The notes: generated from the sequence alone by a model not told the origin. A stretch of 52,620 nt of DNA from an uncultured Gemmatimonadaceae bacterium (GCA_964444685.1 CAYUIG010000001.1:30687-83306), one strand, 5' to 3'; counted from the first letter of the stretch, positions 9,005-18,299 are shown. A program made the numbers and translations.

Positions 9005-10357
9005 ATGCGACGTTTTCTCCTGACGTTGTCCCTTCTCGCCGCCGTACCCGTCGCGGCGCAGGACGTCACGATCGACCACACGAAGTTCGAGCTGCCGAAC
9101 GGGCTCACGGTCATTGTGCACGAAGACCGGTCGACCCCGGTGGTGGCAGTCGACGTGTGGTATCACGTGGGCTCGGGGTACGAACGGGCGGGTCGCACGG
9201 GCTTCGCGCACCTCTTCGAGCACATCATGTTCGAGGGCAGCGCGAACGTGCCGGAGGGTGACTTCGACAACCTGCTCGAGGCCGCCGGCGCCGTGAACAA
9301 CGGCAGCACGAACGCGGACCGCACGAACTATTACGAGATCCTGCCGTCGAACGCGCTCGAGCTCGCTCTCTGGCTCGAGGCGGACCGCATGGGCGGCTTG
9401 CTCGCCACGATGGACCAGACGAAGCTCGACATCCAGCGCGATGTCGTGAAGAACGAGCGCCGTCAGAGCTATGAGAACCGGCCGTACGGCATGTTCTTCG
9501 AGACGGCCGCGGCCGCGCTGTACCCGGAGGGGCATCCGTACTCGTGGTCCACGATCGGTTCGATGGATGACCTGAGTGCGGCCGCGCTCGAGGATGTGAT
9601 GCAGTTTTTCCGCACGTATTACGCGCCGAACAACGCCGTGCTCACGATCTCGGGCGACGTCGACGCCGCCACCGTCCGGCCCATGGTCGAGCGCCTGTTC
9701 GGCTGGATCCCGCGCGGCGACCCGATCGAGAAGCCGGACCTTCCGGTCCCGCAGATCGAGGCGACGCGCTACATCACGCTCGAGGACCGCGTCACGCTGC
9801 CGCAGGTAAGCCTGATGTGGCGCACCACGCCGTCGTTCTCGGATGACGAGGTGCCGCTCTCCGTGCTGGGCCAGGTGCTGTCCAGCGGGAAGAACTCGCG
9901 GCTGTTCCGTCGCTTCGTCTATGAGGAGCAGACAGCGCAGAGCGTGAGCGCGTACAACAGTGCACGGCTGCTGTCGGGCGACTTCTACGTCCGTCTCACC
10001 GCCAAGCCCGACACGGACCTGAGCACGATGGAGGCAGCGATCCTCGAGGAGATCGAGCGGATCGCGCGCGAAGGGCCGACACAGGAAGAGCTGGAGCGCG
10101 TGGTCAACGGTCTCGAGACCGATGTGGTCGGTGCACTCGACACTTCGCTCGGCAAGGCCGAGCAGCTACAGTCGGGCTTCTACTACACGGGTGAGCCGGA
10201 TGTCATCGGTGAAGTGCTCGACAAGTATCGCGCGGTGACGCCGGCCGACGTGCAGCGCGTCGCACGTGAGTACCTGAGCGGGAAGCATCGGATCGTGATC
10301 AGCATCGTGCCGCAGGGCCGTACGGAGCTGGCGGCGCGGCCGCGGGAGGTGAGCTGA
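9005..10357 (+). CDS. M16 family zinc peptidase (pitrilysin-like), catalytically competent subunit
   Basis: The second ATG (9005) has GGAGG 5 nt upstream and gives the signal peptide MRRFLLTLSLLAAVPVAAQD. The inverted zincin motif HLFEHIMFEG (HxxEH) is present with downstream E residues. Confidence 0.85.
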   Translation: MRRFLLTLSLLAAVPVAAQDVTIDHTKFELPNGLTVIVHEDRSTPVVAVDVWYHVGSGYERAGRTGFAHLFEHIMFEGSANVPEGDFDNLLEAAGAVNNGSTNADRTNYYEILPSNALELALWLEADRMGGLLATMDQTKLDIQRDVVKNERRQSYENRPYGMFFETAAAALYPEGHPYSWSTIGSMDDLSAAALEDVMQFFRTYYAPNNAVLTISGDVDAATVRPMVERLFGWIPRGDPIEKPDLPVPQIEATRYITLEDRVTLPQVSLMWRTTPSFSDDEVPLSVLGQVLSSGKNSRLFRRFVYEEQTAQSVSAYNSARLLSGDFYVRLTAKPDTDLSTMEAAILEEIERIAREGPTQEELERVVNGLETDVVGALDTSLGKAEQLQSGFYYTGEPDVIGEVLDKYRAVTPADVQRVAREYLSGKHRIVISIVPQGRTELAARPREVS

Positions 10358-11805
10358 TGATTGCGACGTCGCCCCGCGGCGCCCGGCGCGCCGCACTGAT
10401 TCTCGCGTTCGCATGCGCTGCGCCGGCTGCGGCCCAGGCGCCAGCGAGTTTCCCCACCGAGCCGCCGACGCCGGGGCCGGCACCGGCGCTCGATCTTCCG
10501 GACCCGATTCGGCGCTCGCTGCTGAACGGGCTCGAGGTCGTGTACGTGCGCATGCCCGAGCTGCCGATCGTCCACGCCACGCTGGTGACGCGCGGCGGCA
10601 CGGCGGACGCACCGGCCGACAAGCCGGAGCTCGCGTCGTTTACGGCCGACCTGATGGATGAAGGGGCGGGTGCGTACGATGCGCTCGGACTGGCGAATGC
10701 GCTCGAGCTGCTGGGCGCTTCACTGTTCGTTGGTGCCGGCTTCGACGCGGTGCAGGTGGATCTCGAGGTGCTGCGCCCGCGCTTCGAGCCTGCGCTCCAG
10801 CTCATGTCGGACGTGGTGCTGCGGCCCAGGTTTCCCGAGGCCGAGGTCGAACGCATCAAGCAGCAGCGGCTGACCGACCTCCAGCGCGCGAAGGACGAAG
10901 CGCGCATCATCGCATCGAACGCGTTCACGTCGCTCGTTTACGGCGCCGAACATCCGTACGGCCGCCTCGCCACGACGGAGACCACGGGCGCGATCACGCG
11001 CAACGACCTGGTTGCGTTCCACCGACAGTGGTACGTGCCGCGCGGCGCGACGCTCGTGCTCGCGGGCGACGTGGATCCCGCGGAGATGCAGCCCGTCGTG
11101 GAGCGGGTGTTCGGAGCGTGGCAGGGCACACCGGTGCCGCCGCCGGTCGTGCCGAACGAGCCGCAGGTCGGCAACACCAGGATCTACCTGGTCGACAAGC
11201 CGGGCGCCGCACAGTCGGAGATCCGCATCGGGCATCCCGGCGTCGCACGCGATCATCCCGACTATTTCCCGCTGCTCGTGATGAACACGATCCTGGGGGG
11301 TTCGTTCACGAGCCGGCTGAACATGAACCTGCGCGAGACGCACGGTTACAGCTACGGCGCCAGCTCCGGATATTCGTTCCGTCGAGGTGCCGGGCCGTTC
11401 ACGGCATCGAGCGCGGTCGTGACCGAGAAGACGGACAGCTCCGTCATCGAGTTCTTCCGTGAACTGCGACACATCCGTGACGAGCGCGTGTCGGATGACG
11501 ATCTCGCACGCGCGAAAAACTACGTGGCGCTGGGACTGCCGCGTCGCTTCGAGACGGTGGGCGGTGTCGCCGGCCAGCTCGCGGATCTGATCGCCTACGG
11601 CCGCGACATGAGCTTCTACGAGAGCTTCGTCCCGAACGTCATGGCCGTGACCGCCGCGGATGTGCAGCGCGTGGCGCGCGAATACGTTCGACCTGATCGA
11701 GCCGTCGTTGTCGTCGTAGGTGACCGTGCACGCATCGAGGCGGGCTTGCGTGCGATCGGGATTGCACCGGTCGAGTTGAGAGACGCGGCCGACTTCGTGC
11801 GCTGA
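10357..11805 (+). CDS. M16 family peptidase-like protein lacking the HxxEH motif (probable non-catalytic partner subunit)
   Basis: Start overlaps the upstream stop (TGATG). Signal peptide [21 protein letters not shown]16 fold blocks are present but there is no HxxEH motif. M16 proteins commonly occur as active/inactive pairs. Confidence 0.8.
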   Translation: MIATSPRGARRAALILAFACAAPAAAQAPASFPTEPPTPGPAPALDLPDPIRRSLLNGLEVVYVRMPELPIVHATLVTRGGTADAPADKPELASFTADLMDEGAGAYDALGLANALELLGASLFVGAGFDAVQVDLEVLRPRFEPALQLMSDVVLRPRFPEAEVERIKQQRLTDLQRAKDEARIIASNAFTSLVYGAEHPYGRLATTETTGAITRNDLVAFHRQWYVPRGATLVLAGDVDPAEMQPVVERVFGAWQGTPVPPPVVPNEPQVGNTRIYLVDKPGAAQSEIRIGHPGVARDHPDYFPLLVMNTILGGSFTSRLNMNLRETHGYSYGASSGYSFRRGAGPFTASSAVVTEKTDSSVIEFFRELRHIRDERVSDDDLARAKNYVALGLPRRFETVGGVAGQLADLIAYGRDMSFYESFVPNVMAVTAADVQRVAREYVRPDRAVVVVVGDRARIEAGLRAIGIAPVELRDAADFVR

Positions 11806-11815
11806 GGTTGCAGTC

Positions 11816-12193
11816 GTGTGGTTGAAGTCTGCCGGTATCGTCGCGATCGCCTTTCTCGGGGGCGCGTGTGACGTCCTGAGTCCGACGAATTGCACCGATA
11901 TTGCTCTGGCCGGTCTCGCGATCAGCATCGTGGACATCGAAACGGGCTCGCCAATCGTCGCCGATGATGTGCGGGTGGAGGTGCGCGATGGGTTGTTCGT
12001 CGAGGTCGCCGAAGGCAGCTCGAACGAACTCGATCTTGCGATGGCCTTCGAACGAACCGGCCGATACGAGATCCATGTTACCGCTGCCGGATACCTGCCA
12101 TGGGATACGACCGGCGTCCGGGTGCGCCGAACGGACGACGGCTGTCACGTGAACACGGTGACCGTCACGGCTGCTCTGGTGCGCGAGCCGTAG
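11816..12193 (+). CDS. small lipoprotein with carboxypeptidase-regulatory-like (CarboxypepD_reg/transthyretin-like) fold
   Basis: GTG start 11 nt after the M16 stop. Lipobox AFLGGAC. The beta-sandwich pattern ISIVDIETGSPIVADDVRVEVRDG...YEIHVTAAGYLPWD resembles CarboxypepD_reg domains. Confidence 0.55.
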   Translation: MWLKSAGIVAIAFLGGACDVLSPTNCTDIALAGLAISIVDIETGSPIVADDVRVEVRDGLFVEVAEGSSNELDLAMAFERTGRYEIHVTAAGYLPWDTTGVRVRRTDDGCHVNTVTVTAALVREP

Positions 12194-12221
12194 GATCGCT
12201 TTCGTTCGGAAGGTTCTGGTG

Positions 12222-12284
12222 TCGAAGGTCGAGGGTCGAGGAACTTCGAGTTTCACTCGAACCCCGACCCTCGACACTCGACCC
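12222..12284. terminator. long imperfect stem-loop between convergent genes (bidirectional terminator candidate)
   Basis: Left arm gtcgaaggtcgagggtcgagg, loop aacttcgagtttcactcgaa, right arm ccccgaccctcgacactcgaccc. The U-tract is weak on both strands, hence moderate confidence. Confidence 0.5.
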
Positions 12285-12290
12285 TGAGGT

Positions 12291-12929
12291 TTAGCGAAGC
12301 GCGATCCGCTCCGTGGTCCGGATCGTGAGCTCCGTACCACGCGGCAGCGCCGCTTCGACGTCGCCGGTACCGAGCGAGACGATGGTGCCCGCACCGGCGC
12401 CGAGTGCGGCGCCGATGAGGATGTCCCTCAGCTCACCGCCGATGACTGCGCCGAGCACTGCACCCGCCGCCGCCCCGATGCCGGCGTCGCGGATCACGTC
12501 ATCCCGGCTGCGTTCTTCAGTCTGCAGATCCGCGTCCAGGATGTCCGCGCTCAGCGGATAGCTCCTCCCGTCGAACCGGATCGACTCGAAATTCAGCCGC
12601 ACCGCCGCCTGATCGCCGATGTGGTCGGAGTCATCCAGTCCCGTCACCTCCGCTGTCGCGACCGCACCCTGGGGGATCACGACACGGCCGTCGGACGTGC
12701 GCAGGGGCGTCGTGACGGTCGCCGTCACGCGATCACCGACCTTGCTCGTCTTCGTGTCGATGCGATCGTTCAGCTCGACCACCAGCTGCGTTCCCGCGGG
12801 AACGTCGAACGTGGTGGGCGGTGCCGGCGCAGGCTGCACCTCCGGACTCGCCGGACCCGACTCCACCGCAGTTGCGCGGCAACCCGCCAGCACGAACACG
12901 GCCGTAAGGCTCAATGCCAGCTTCCGCAT
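12291..12929 (-). CDS. glycine-zipper lipoprotein (SlyB/17-kDa-antigen-like)
   Basis: Lipobox VLAGC. C-terminal GxxxG repeats (GIGAAAGAVLGAVIGG...GAALGAGAGTIVSLG) are typical of glycine-zipper 2TM domains. Confidence 0.6.
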   Translation of the reverse strand: MRKLALSLTAVFVLAGCRATAVESGPASPEVQPAPAPPTTFDVPAGTQLVVELNDRIDTKTSKVGDRVTATVTTPLRTSDGRVVIPQGAVATAEVTGLDDSDHIGDQAAVRLNFESIRFDGRSYPLSADILDADLQTEERSRDDVIRDAGIGAAAGAVLGAVIGGELRDILIGAALGAGAGTIVSLGTGDVEAALPRGTELTIRTTERIALR

Positions 12930-12983
12930 TCTCGCCTCCTTGCCTGAGTCGTGGGGCGAGGTTGCAAGGGGTGGGCCGGTGCG

Positions 12984-13862
12984 TCACTCCTCCAGCCGGC
13001 GCGGCCAGTCCTCGCCCAGGAGCCTCGAGAACGCGCGGTCCGCGAGCAGTCGCCCGCCCGTCTGACATTTCGCGCAGTAGTTCGTCTCGTGGCCCGCGTA
13101 GACGATGCGCTGGATGAGTGCGCCGCAGCGCGGGCAGGGCTCCTTGAAGCGGCCGTGCACGGCCATCGCGGGATGAAACGCGGTGACCTTCTCGGGGAAG
13201 CGGTCGCCCGTCTCCTCGATCAGTCGATCGGTCCACTCGCGCAATGACGACACGGTGGCGTCGTACAGCGCGCGCATGTCGGCGTCGTCGAGCTGCTGCG
13301 TGCGCTTGCCGGGCGAGATGCGCGCGAGCCAGAGGATCTCATCGGAGTGCGCGTTGCCGACACCGGAGATGGTGTCGGGATCGGTGAACGCGCGCTTGAG
13401 CGTACGGTTCTCGCGCAGGAGCGCGTCACGGAACGCATCGTAGCCGTCCTCGAGCGGTTCGACGCCACCGCGTCGCATGGCCTCGAGTGCTTCACGCCCC
13501 CGCAGCACGTGCAGCGACGCGCGCTTCTGCGTGCTCGCCTCCGTGAGCAGCAGCGTGCCGGTCGGGAAGTCGAATGCGGCCTGGCCGAGCTTGCGCGGGA
13601 CCGCCGTGCCCTTCGGCTTCCACTTGAAGCGCCCAGAGATCATGAGGTGCACGACGACGAACAGGTCGTCCTCCAGCACGAAGACGATGCGCTTGCCCAG
13701 GCGCCCCAGTCCGAGCACACGCTTCCCGTTCACCGCGGAAAGCGGCGGATCGAAGGTCTTGAGCAGCGCCGGCGACGCGAGTCGGACGGCCTCGATGGGC
13801 TGTCCGACCACGCGTGGCTCGAGCGCGTGCAGGTAGAGCGCGATCTCCGGTAGTTCGGGCAT
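12984..13862 (-). CDS. mutM: formamidopyrimidine-DNA glycosylase family (Fpg/MutM or Nei)
   Basis: The N-terminus MPELPEI carries the catalytic Pro2/Glu3. An H2TH region is present. The C-terminal zinc finger is CPRCGALIQRIVYAGHETNYCAKCQ. Confidence 0.85.
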   Translation of the reverse strand: MPELPEIALYLHALEPRVVGQPIEAVRLASPALLKTFDPPLSAVNGKRVLGLGRLGKRIVFVLEDDLFVVVHLMISGRFKWKPKGTAVPRKLGQAAFDFPTGTLLLTEASTQKRASLHVLRGREALEAMRRGGVEPLEDGYDAFRDALLRENRTLKRAFTDPDTISGVGNAHSDEILWLARISPGKRTQQLDDADMRALYDATVSSLREWTDRLIEETGDRFPEKVTAFHPAMAVHGRFKEPCPRCGALIQRIVYAGHETNYCAKCQTGGRLLADRAFSRLLGEDWPRRLEE

Positions 13863-13896
13863 GTCTCCAGTGTTGTGGCGGTGTCCGGAAACGGCA

Positions 13897-14007
13897 ATTC
13901 ACCGCAGAGTCACAGAGGGCGCCGAGAACGGATTGAAGTTGTTTACACATCCGGGTGCTGTGGGGCTCCGCATTCCTCCGCGTTCTCCGCGCCTCTGCGG
14001 TGAATGT
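13897..14007. repeat. palindromic repeat element copy 2 (~111 bp) in the divergent mutM/uppP intergenic region
   Basis: The left arm aattcaccgcagagtcacagagggcgccgagaacgg (13897-13932) is the near reverse complement of the right arm ccgcgttctccgcgcctctgcggtgaatgt (13978-14007). The arms are homologous to the 7673-7796 element while the centres differ. Confidence 0.7.
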
Positions 14008-14086
14008 TCGTTTTCCGTCTCGCCCGGATGTTGCCAAGCGCGAGTCGGACCCTCAGGATCCTGCGCCGGTCGCGAACGGAGGTGTG

Positions 14087-15007
14087 ATGAGCTGGTGGGA
14101 GGCGCTGGTGCTGGGCGTGGTGCAGGGGTTGACCGAATTCTTTCCGGTCTCGAGCTCCGGGCATCTCGTCATAACCGAAGACCTGCTGGGATTGAGGCTG
14201 CCGGGCGTGGCGTTCGACGTGGCCCTGCACGTGGCCACGCTGCTGTCGGTCATCCTCGTCTATCGGCACCGGCTGACCGACCTCGTGCTGGGTGTGCTGC
14301 GACCCGGCAATGGAAAATCGTGGCGGTACATTGGCCTGCTCGTGCTCGCCACCATTCCCGCTGCGATCGTCGGCTTCGCGTTCGAGGACTGGTTCGAGGC
14401 CCGCTTCGACGATCCGGTTCTTGCGGGCACGATGATTCTCGTCACCGGCAGCTTCGTGTGGAGCAGCCGCTGGGCGTTGCGCGGTGGCGCGCGCCGGCCG
14501 CTCGAATGGGCACCGGTAGTCGTCGCGGGCGTCGTCGCGTTGATTGCTGGTACGGCTCTGCCCTTCATCGCAGTGCTGGCGGTCGAGGCCGCGTTGATGG
14601 CATTCGCGCGCGCGACAGCGGGACCGGACCCGCGCGCGGAGCCCGACACGATGGGTGCGCTGCTCATGGGCGTGGCGCAGTGCGTCGCGATTCTGCCCGG
14701 CGTTTCGCGATCGGGCAGCACGGTAATGACCGGACTCTGGCGACGCATCGATCCCGCCGCGGCGGCGGAGTTCTCCTTCCTCATGGCGATTCCCGCGATC
14801 CTGGGTGCGGCGATTCTTCAGCTCCCCGATCTGCGCACGGAAGGCGCGAGCGTGAGCACGGGCGCAATCGTGATCGGCGGCGTCGCTGCGGCGGTTGCGG
14901 GTGTCCTCGCGATCCGCTTCTTCGTGGCGATGCTGCGGCAGCGCAGCTTCCACGTCTTCGCGTACTACTGCTGGCTGGCTGGCGGGTTGTACGTACTGCT
15001 GCGCTGA
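14087..15007 (+). CDS. uppP: undecaprenyl-diphosphatase
   Basis: ATG at 14087 has GGAGG 6 nt upstream. The sequence MSWWEALVLGVVQGLTEFFPVSSSGH... matches the BacA/UppP signature. It is a polytopic membrane protein. The 44 upstream codons of the track ORF are unsupported. Confidence 0.85.
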   Translation: MSWWEALVLGVVQGLTEFFPVSSSGHLVITEDLLGLRLPGVAFDVALHVATLLSVILVYRHRLTDLVLGVLRPGNGKSWRYIGLLVLATIPAAIVGFAFEDWFEARFDDPVLAGTMILVTGSFVWSSRWALRGGARRPLEWAPVVVAGVVALIAGTALPFIAVLAVEAALMAFARATAGPDPRAEPDTMGALLMGVAQCVAILPGVSRSGSTVMTGLWRRIDPAAAAEFSFLMAIPAILGAAILQLPDLRTEGASVSTGAIVIGGVAAAVAGVLAIRFFVAMLRQRSFHVFAYYCWLAGGLYVLLR

Positions 15008-15008
15008 C

Positions 15009-15500
15009 TCAGCGCGTGATGTCGAGCGTGTCCTGCTCCGAGACCAGGTCGCCATCCTCGGCGGGAATGCGCCCCTGCACCACGTAGCGACCCGGCGCGA
15101 CCGGGCGCCCCGCGTTGTCCACCTGCTCCCATCCTCCCGAATACTCCACCGATCCGCCGGGATCGATACGGACGAGTGCGAGGGCGAGCGTCGGCATGGT
15201 GCCGTGCAGACGTCGCCAGACTTCCGTTCCATCCACGCGCGACACGATCACATCCCACGCGACCGGATTGCCGGCGAGACCGATCGTGATCGGGCGCGTA
15301 TCCGGATTGCGCAGCCGGAGCGTGACGGGCACGGTGTCGCCCTGTGCGGCTTCCCGCGGAATGATGAGCTCGAGGTTCACGCGTACCACCGAATCGGGCT
15401 GCGCGAGGGCGACCCGCTCGCGTCCCTCGAGCGAGTCGCCCCCACAGCCGAGGAGCAGGATCCACGCACAGATCGCAAGTCCCGCTCTCACGGAAAGCAT
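15009..15500 (-). CDS. lipoprotein with BsuPI-like (intracellular proteinase inhibitor) beta-sandwich domain
   Basis: Internal ATG at 15500 overlaps the protease stop (TGATG). Lipobox LLLGCGG. The segment GLAGNPVAWDVIVSRVDGTEVWRRLHGTMPT...DPGGSVEYSGGWEQVDNAGRPVAPGRYVVQGRI resembles the BsuPI consensus (G..VW.w....f.q....l.pGe..........PG.Y.v.a). Confidence 0.55.
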   Translation of the reverse strand: MLSVRAGLAICAWILLLGCGGDSLEGRERVALAQPDSVVRVNLELIIPREAAQGDTVPVTLRLRNPDTRPITIGLAGNPVAWDVIVSRVDGTEVWRRLHGTMPTLALALVRIDPGGSVEYSGGWEQVDNAGRPVAPGRYVVQGRIPAEDGDLVSEQDTLDITR

Positions 15501-16828
15501 CAGTGCGTGGTGAAGTCGCCGAGCTCGAACCTGATGTTCTCCAGCGCACTGAACGCGAAGATGCCGGCACCGCCCCCCCACAGAATGCCGTAGAGCGTGG
15601 CGTCCCTGCCGTTCGCGTGCGGCTGGAATACCGGCGAGCCGCTGTCGCCGCCGGCCGACATGCCGAGGACGAGATCCTGGCAGAGCATCACCTGGTTCGA
15701 TCCGAGGACGCTGACGTTCACGCACGTCAGGGCCACCTCCCCGCGCGTCCATCCGCTCGTGCGTCCGATCTTGTCGACGAACTCGCCGAGCAGCGGGAAC
15801 GGCACCTCATCGACGATCGAGAAGAACTTCTTCCCGTCGTCGGCAATCTCGATCGAGCCGGGCGTGAACGGGTCCTCACTCACCTCTGTCGTACGCCAGA
15901 TGGAGCCGAAGCGGACGGGATTGTTGCGGTACATCTTCACGAGCGCGGCATCGCTGAAGCGGCAGATCTGCGTTGCCGAGCACTGGAACGACGGCGGATC
16001 CAGCACCTCGAAGCCGAGCAGATTGAAGTCGGTGGCGAAAGGTGGCGGCGCCGGATTGTAGTACTCGGTGCCGGTCACGATGCCACGGTCGCCGGTGCAG
16101 TGCGAGTTGGTGATGAAGTACGGCTGGCTCTGGCCCGGCTCGTCGCGCAGTACGACGAACCCCAGCGTGCAGAGGAAGAAGCCGACTCCCGGGTACTCCC
16201 AGACGAGCTGAATCCCGCCACCCACGGGTTGCACCTTGTCGCGCAGCGTCTCGCCGCTGAAGGGCTCGATAGCCGGAGAGATCTCGACGTTCACCAGTTC
16301 GACAGGAACGCCGAAGTCGGCCGCGATCTGTCGAATCCGTTCCTCCGATGTCCCGGCGAGCACGCCGATGCGGATCGTGTTCGTCGACTCGTCCGCATCC
16401 GTGTACACGACGCCGGGCTCATCCAGGAGGGGAATGAGCTGCTGATGGTAGCTGTTGAGCCGCGTAAAGCTGACCGCGGCTTCCTGGAACACTGCGTTGC
16501 CCATCGCAGTGGCGCCCTGCGGAATGTGCCGGCCCACCGCCTCGAGCACGCGCTCGCGGCCGCCCGGCGCCGCCATCTGTTCTTCCGTTACGCGCACGTT
16601 GAGCCGGCCGGATGCGTCGTAGTACGCTCCGCCGAATCCGGGTGCCTCGGCTGCGATCCGCGAGAACGCGCGGTCGATCCCGCGCACTATCGGGACCCGC
16701 GCGGCGGCGTACGTCGCGGGTCGATCGGTGGCATTCCTCGGTTCCATCGGCGGATCGTCAACGCAGGCGGCGGCGAGGCCAACGCTGGCCAGGGCCAACC
16801 CTGTGCGAACTGCAGTCCTTCCGATCAT
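15500..16828 (-). CDS. secreted S1-family (chymotrypsin/alpha-lytic-protease-like) serine protease with N-terminal pro-region
   Basis: Signal/lipobox LAAAC. The His block ITNSHC and Ser block GGDSGSPVF are present. Cys pairs fit S1E/streptogrisin-like proteases. Confidence 0.8.
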   Translation of the reverse strand: MIGRTAVRTGLALASVGLAAACVDDPPMEPRNATDRPATYAAARVPIVRGIDRAFSRIAAEAPGFGGAYYDASGRLNVRVTEEQMAAPGGRERVLEAVGRHIPQGATAMGNAVFQEAAVSFTRLNSYHQQLIPLLDEPGVVYTDADESTNTIRIGVLAGTSEERIRQIAADFGVPVELVNVEISPAIEPFSGETLRDKVQPVGGGIQLVWEYPGVGFFLCTLGFVVLRDEPGQSQPYFITNSHCTGDRGIVTGTEYYNPAPPPFATDFNLLGFEVLDPPSFQCSATQICRFSDAALVKMYRNNPVRFGSIWRTTEVSEDPFTPGSIEIADDGKKFFSIVDEVPFPLLGEFVDKIGRTSGWTRGEVALTCVNVSVLGSNQVMLCQDLVLGMSAGGDSGSPVFQPHANGRDATLYGILWGGGAGIFAFSALENIRFELGDFTTH

Positions 16829-17167
16829 GGGGCGGTCCTTTCGCTGAGGGGTGGAAGCGTCCCGTGACGCTCACGGAACGTGACGCTCCAGTGGGCTCCG
16901 ACGTGTTACGCAGAAGCCCGTTGTGTCCCAGCGGAGGCCCCGACAACAGGGCGAGATGCTGCCAAGAAGAGGACTGCGCGGTCGCGGCACGAACAGGTGG
17001 GTCCCAACACGACCGTGACGACAGGATACGCGGGTCCGCGGACCCGTGCAAGTCGTCTCGCGCGACTATGGAGGTGCCCCTGCGGCGCGCTGATCTTGTG
17101 TCTTTGCCCCGGGGAGGGAACGGTGTCGGGATCCGGCCATTACGAACGCCATATCGCCGATATCGCG

Positions 17168-18052
17168 ATGCGGCAGCACGCCGTCGTCACGCTCGACCAG
17201 CTCATGGCGATCGGTATATCGAGCTCCGCCGTGAAGCGGCGGGTCCGCTCGGATCGGATGTCTCGGATTCACCGCGGCGTCTTTCAGGTCGGGCCGATGA
17301 CGTTGCCGCTCACCCGTCCCATGGCCGCGGTGCTGGCGTGCGGTCCGTCCGCTTTACTCAGCTATGATGACGCCGGCGCCCTCTGGTCCCTGTTTTCCTC
17401 AGGGGGCGACGGGTCCGTTCACGTCACCGTCGTGGGTGCGACGCGCTCACGTCCGAACATTCGCATCCACCGCGTGCGCTCCCTTGGAGTCGATGAGCGT
17501 GCTGCCCATCACGGCATCCCCGTTACGTCGCCGGCGCGCACGATCCTCGATCTTGCCGGCCGGCTCGGCAGCCGGGAGATCGAAAACATGCTTGCCCGGG
17601 CCGAGCGCGAAGGGCTCACCCGCGCCGAGGACGTCCTTTCGTTGCTCGGCAGGTATCCGCGAAGACGCGGCGCACGCGCACTCCGCGCAATCATCGGATC
17701 GACCGGCGGTCCGACACTGACGCGTTCGCCGCTGGAGAAGGAGTTCGCGAAGCTGCTGCGCGACACGGGATTGCCGTTCCCCATGCTCAATGTGCCATTC
17801 GGACCGTACGAGCTCGATGCGTTCTGGCCCGACCTTTCATTCGCCGTCGAGGTCGACGGCTTTGCGTACCACGGCAACCGCGCCCGCTACGAGGGAGACC
17901 GCCAGAAGGACCTGTGGCTCAAGTCGCGGGGCATCACCGTGCTCCGGTTGTCCTGGCGACAGATCACCCGACGCCCATTGGCCACCGCCGTCCAGCTCGG
18001 TCAGTCGCTTGCGCTGGCCCGGGCGGCCGCTCGGCGGCTGCCCCAGGTCTGA
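17168..18052 (+). CDS. DUF559 (Vsr-like endonuclease fold) protein with N-terminal AbiEi_4-like domain
   Basis: The sequence RQHAVVTLDQLMAIGISSSAVKRRVRSDRMSRIHRGVFQVG fits the AbiEi_4 N-terminal domain. The C-terminal block ELDAFWPDLSFAVEVDGFAYHG...DRQKDLWLKSRGITVLR matches DUF559. The start is uncertain; an upstream GTG is possible. Confidence 0.7.
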   Translation: MRQHAVVTLDQLMAIGISSSAVKRRVRSDRMSRIHRGVFQVGPMTLPLTRPMAAVLACGPSALLSYDDAGALWSLFSSGGDGSVHVTVVGATRSRPNIRIHRVRSLGVDERAAHHGIPVTSPARTILDLAGRLGSREIENMLARAEREGLTRAEDVLSLLGRYPRRRGARALRAIIGSTGGPTLTRSPLEKEFAKLLRDTGLPFPMLNVPFGPYELDAFWPDLSFAVEVDGFAYHGNRARYEGDRQKDLWLKSRGITVLRLSWRQITRRPLATAVQLGQSLALARAAARRLPQV

Positions 18053-18054
18053 GG

Positions 18055-18215
18055 GGTTGCGGGGCGACCCGGACTCGGAACTCGTCGCCGGGTCGGGTCA
18101 CGCGTGCCGGGTTCGGGTCGTTATGCGGCCCCGATCCGGAACCGGTCGAGGCAAGCGGCCATGAGTGCCGAATCAGGGTCGATATGCGGACCGAACCCGG
18201 AACGCGTTGAGCGCG
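18055..18215. repeat. degenerate ~57-bp tandem repeat, about 2.5 copies
   Basis: The units ...GTGCCGggttcGGGTCGttATGCGGccccgatCCGGAACcGGTCGAGG and GTGCCGaatcaGGGTCGatATGCGGaccgaacCCGGAACgCGTTGAGC are about 75% identical. A partial third copy lies upstream. Confidence 0.65.
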
Positions 18216-18299
18216 ATTGCGTCGAGTTCCGAATTACGGCCGCGCTTCCTGGTGCCCTCACACCCAGCGTGCAATCAGTAGCGCCTGAGCATTGCCGAC

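Noticed and set aside
13943-15232. 429-aa minus-strand ORF across uppP; similar long antisense ORFs at 3840..4844, 6380..7819, 15503..16867, 20205..22637, 23453..25033, 35493..37085, 38071..39939, 47324..48706 and 49906..51045
   Set aside because: Each is antisense to a gene with strong motif support and has low-complexity R/A/G/P composition.
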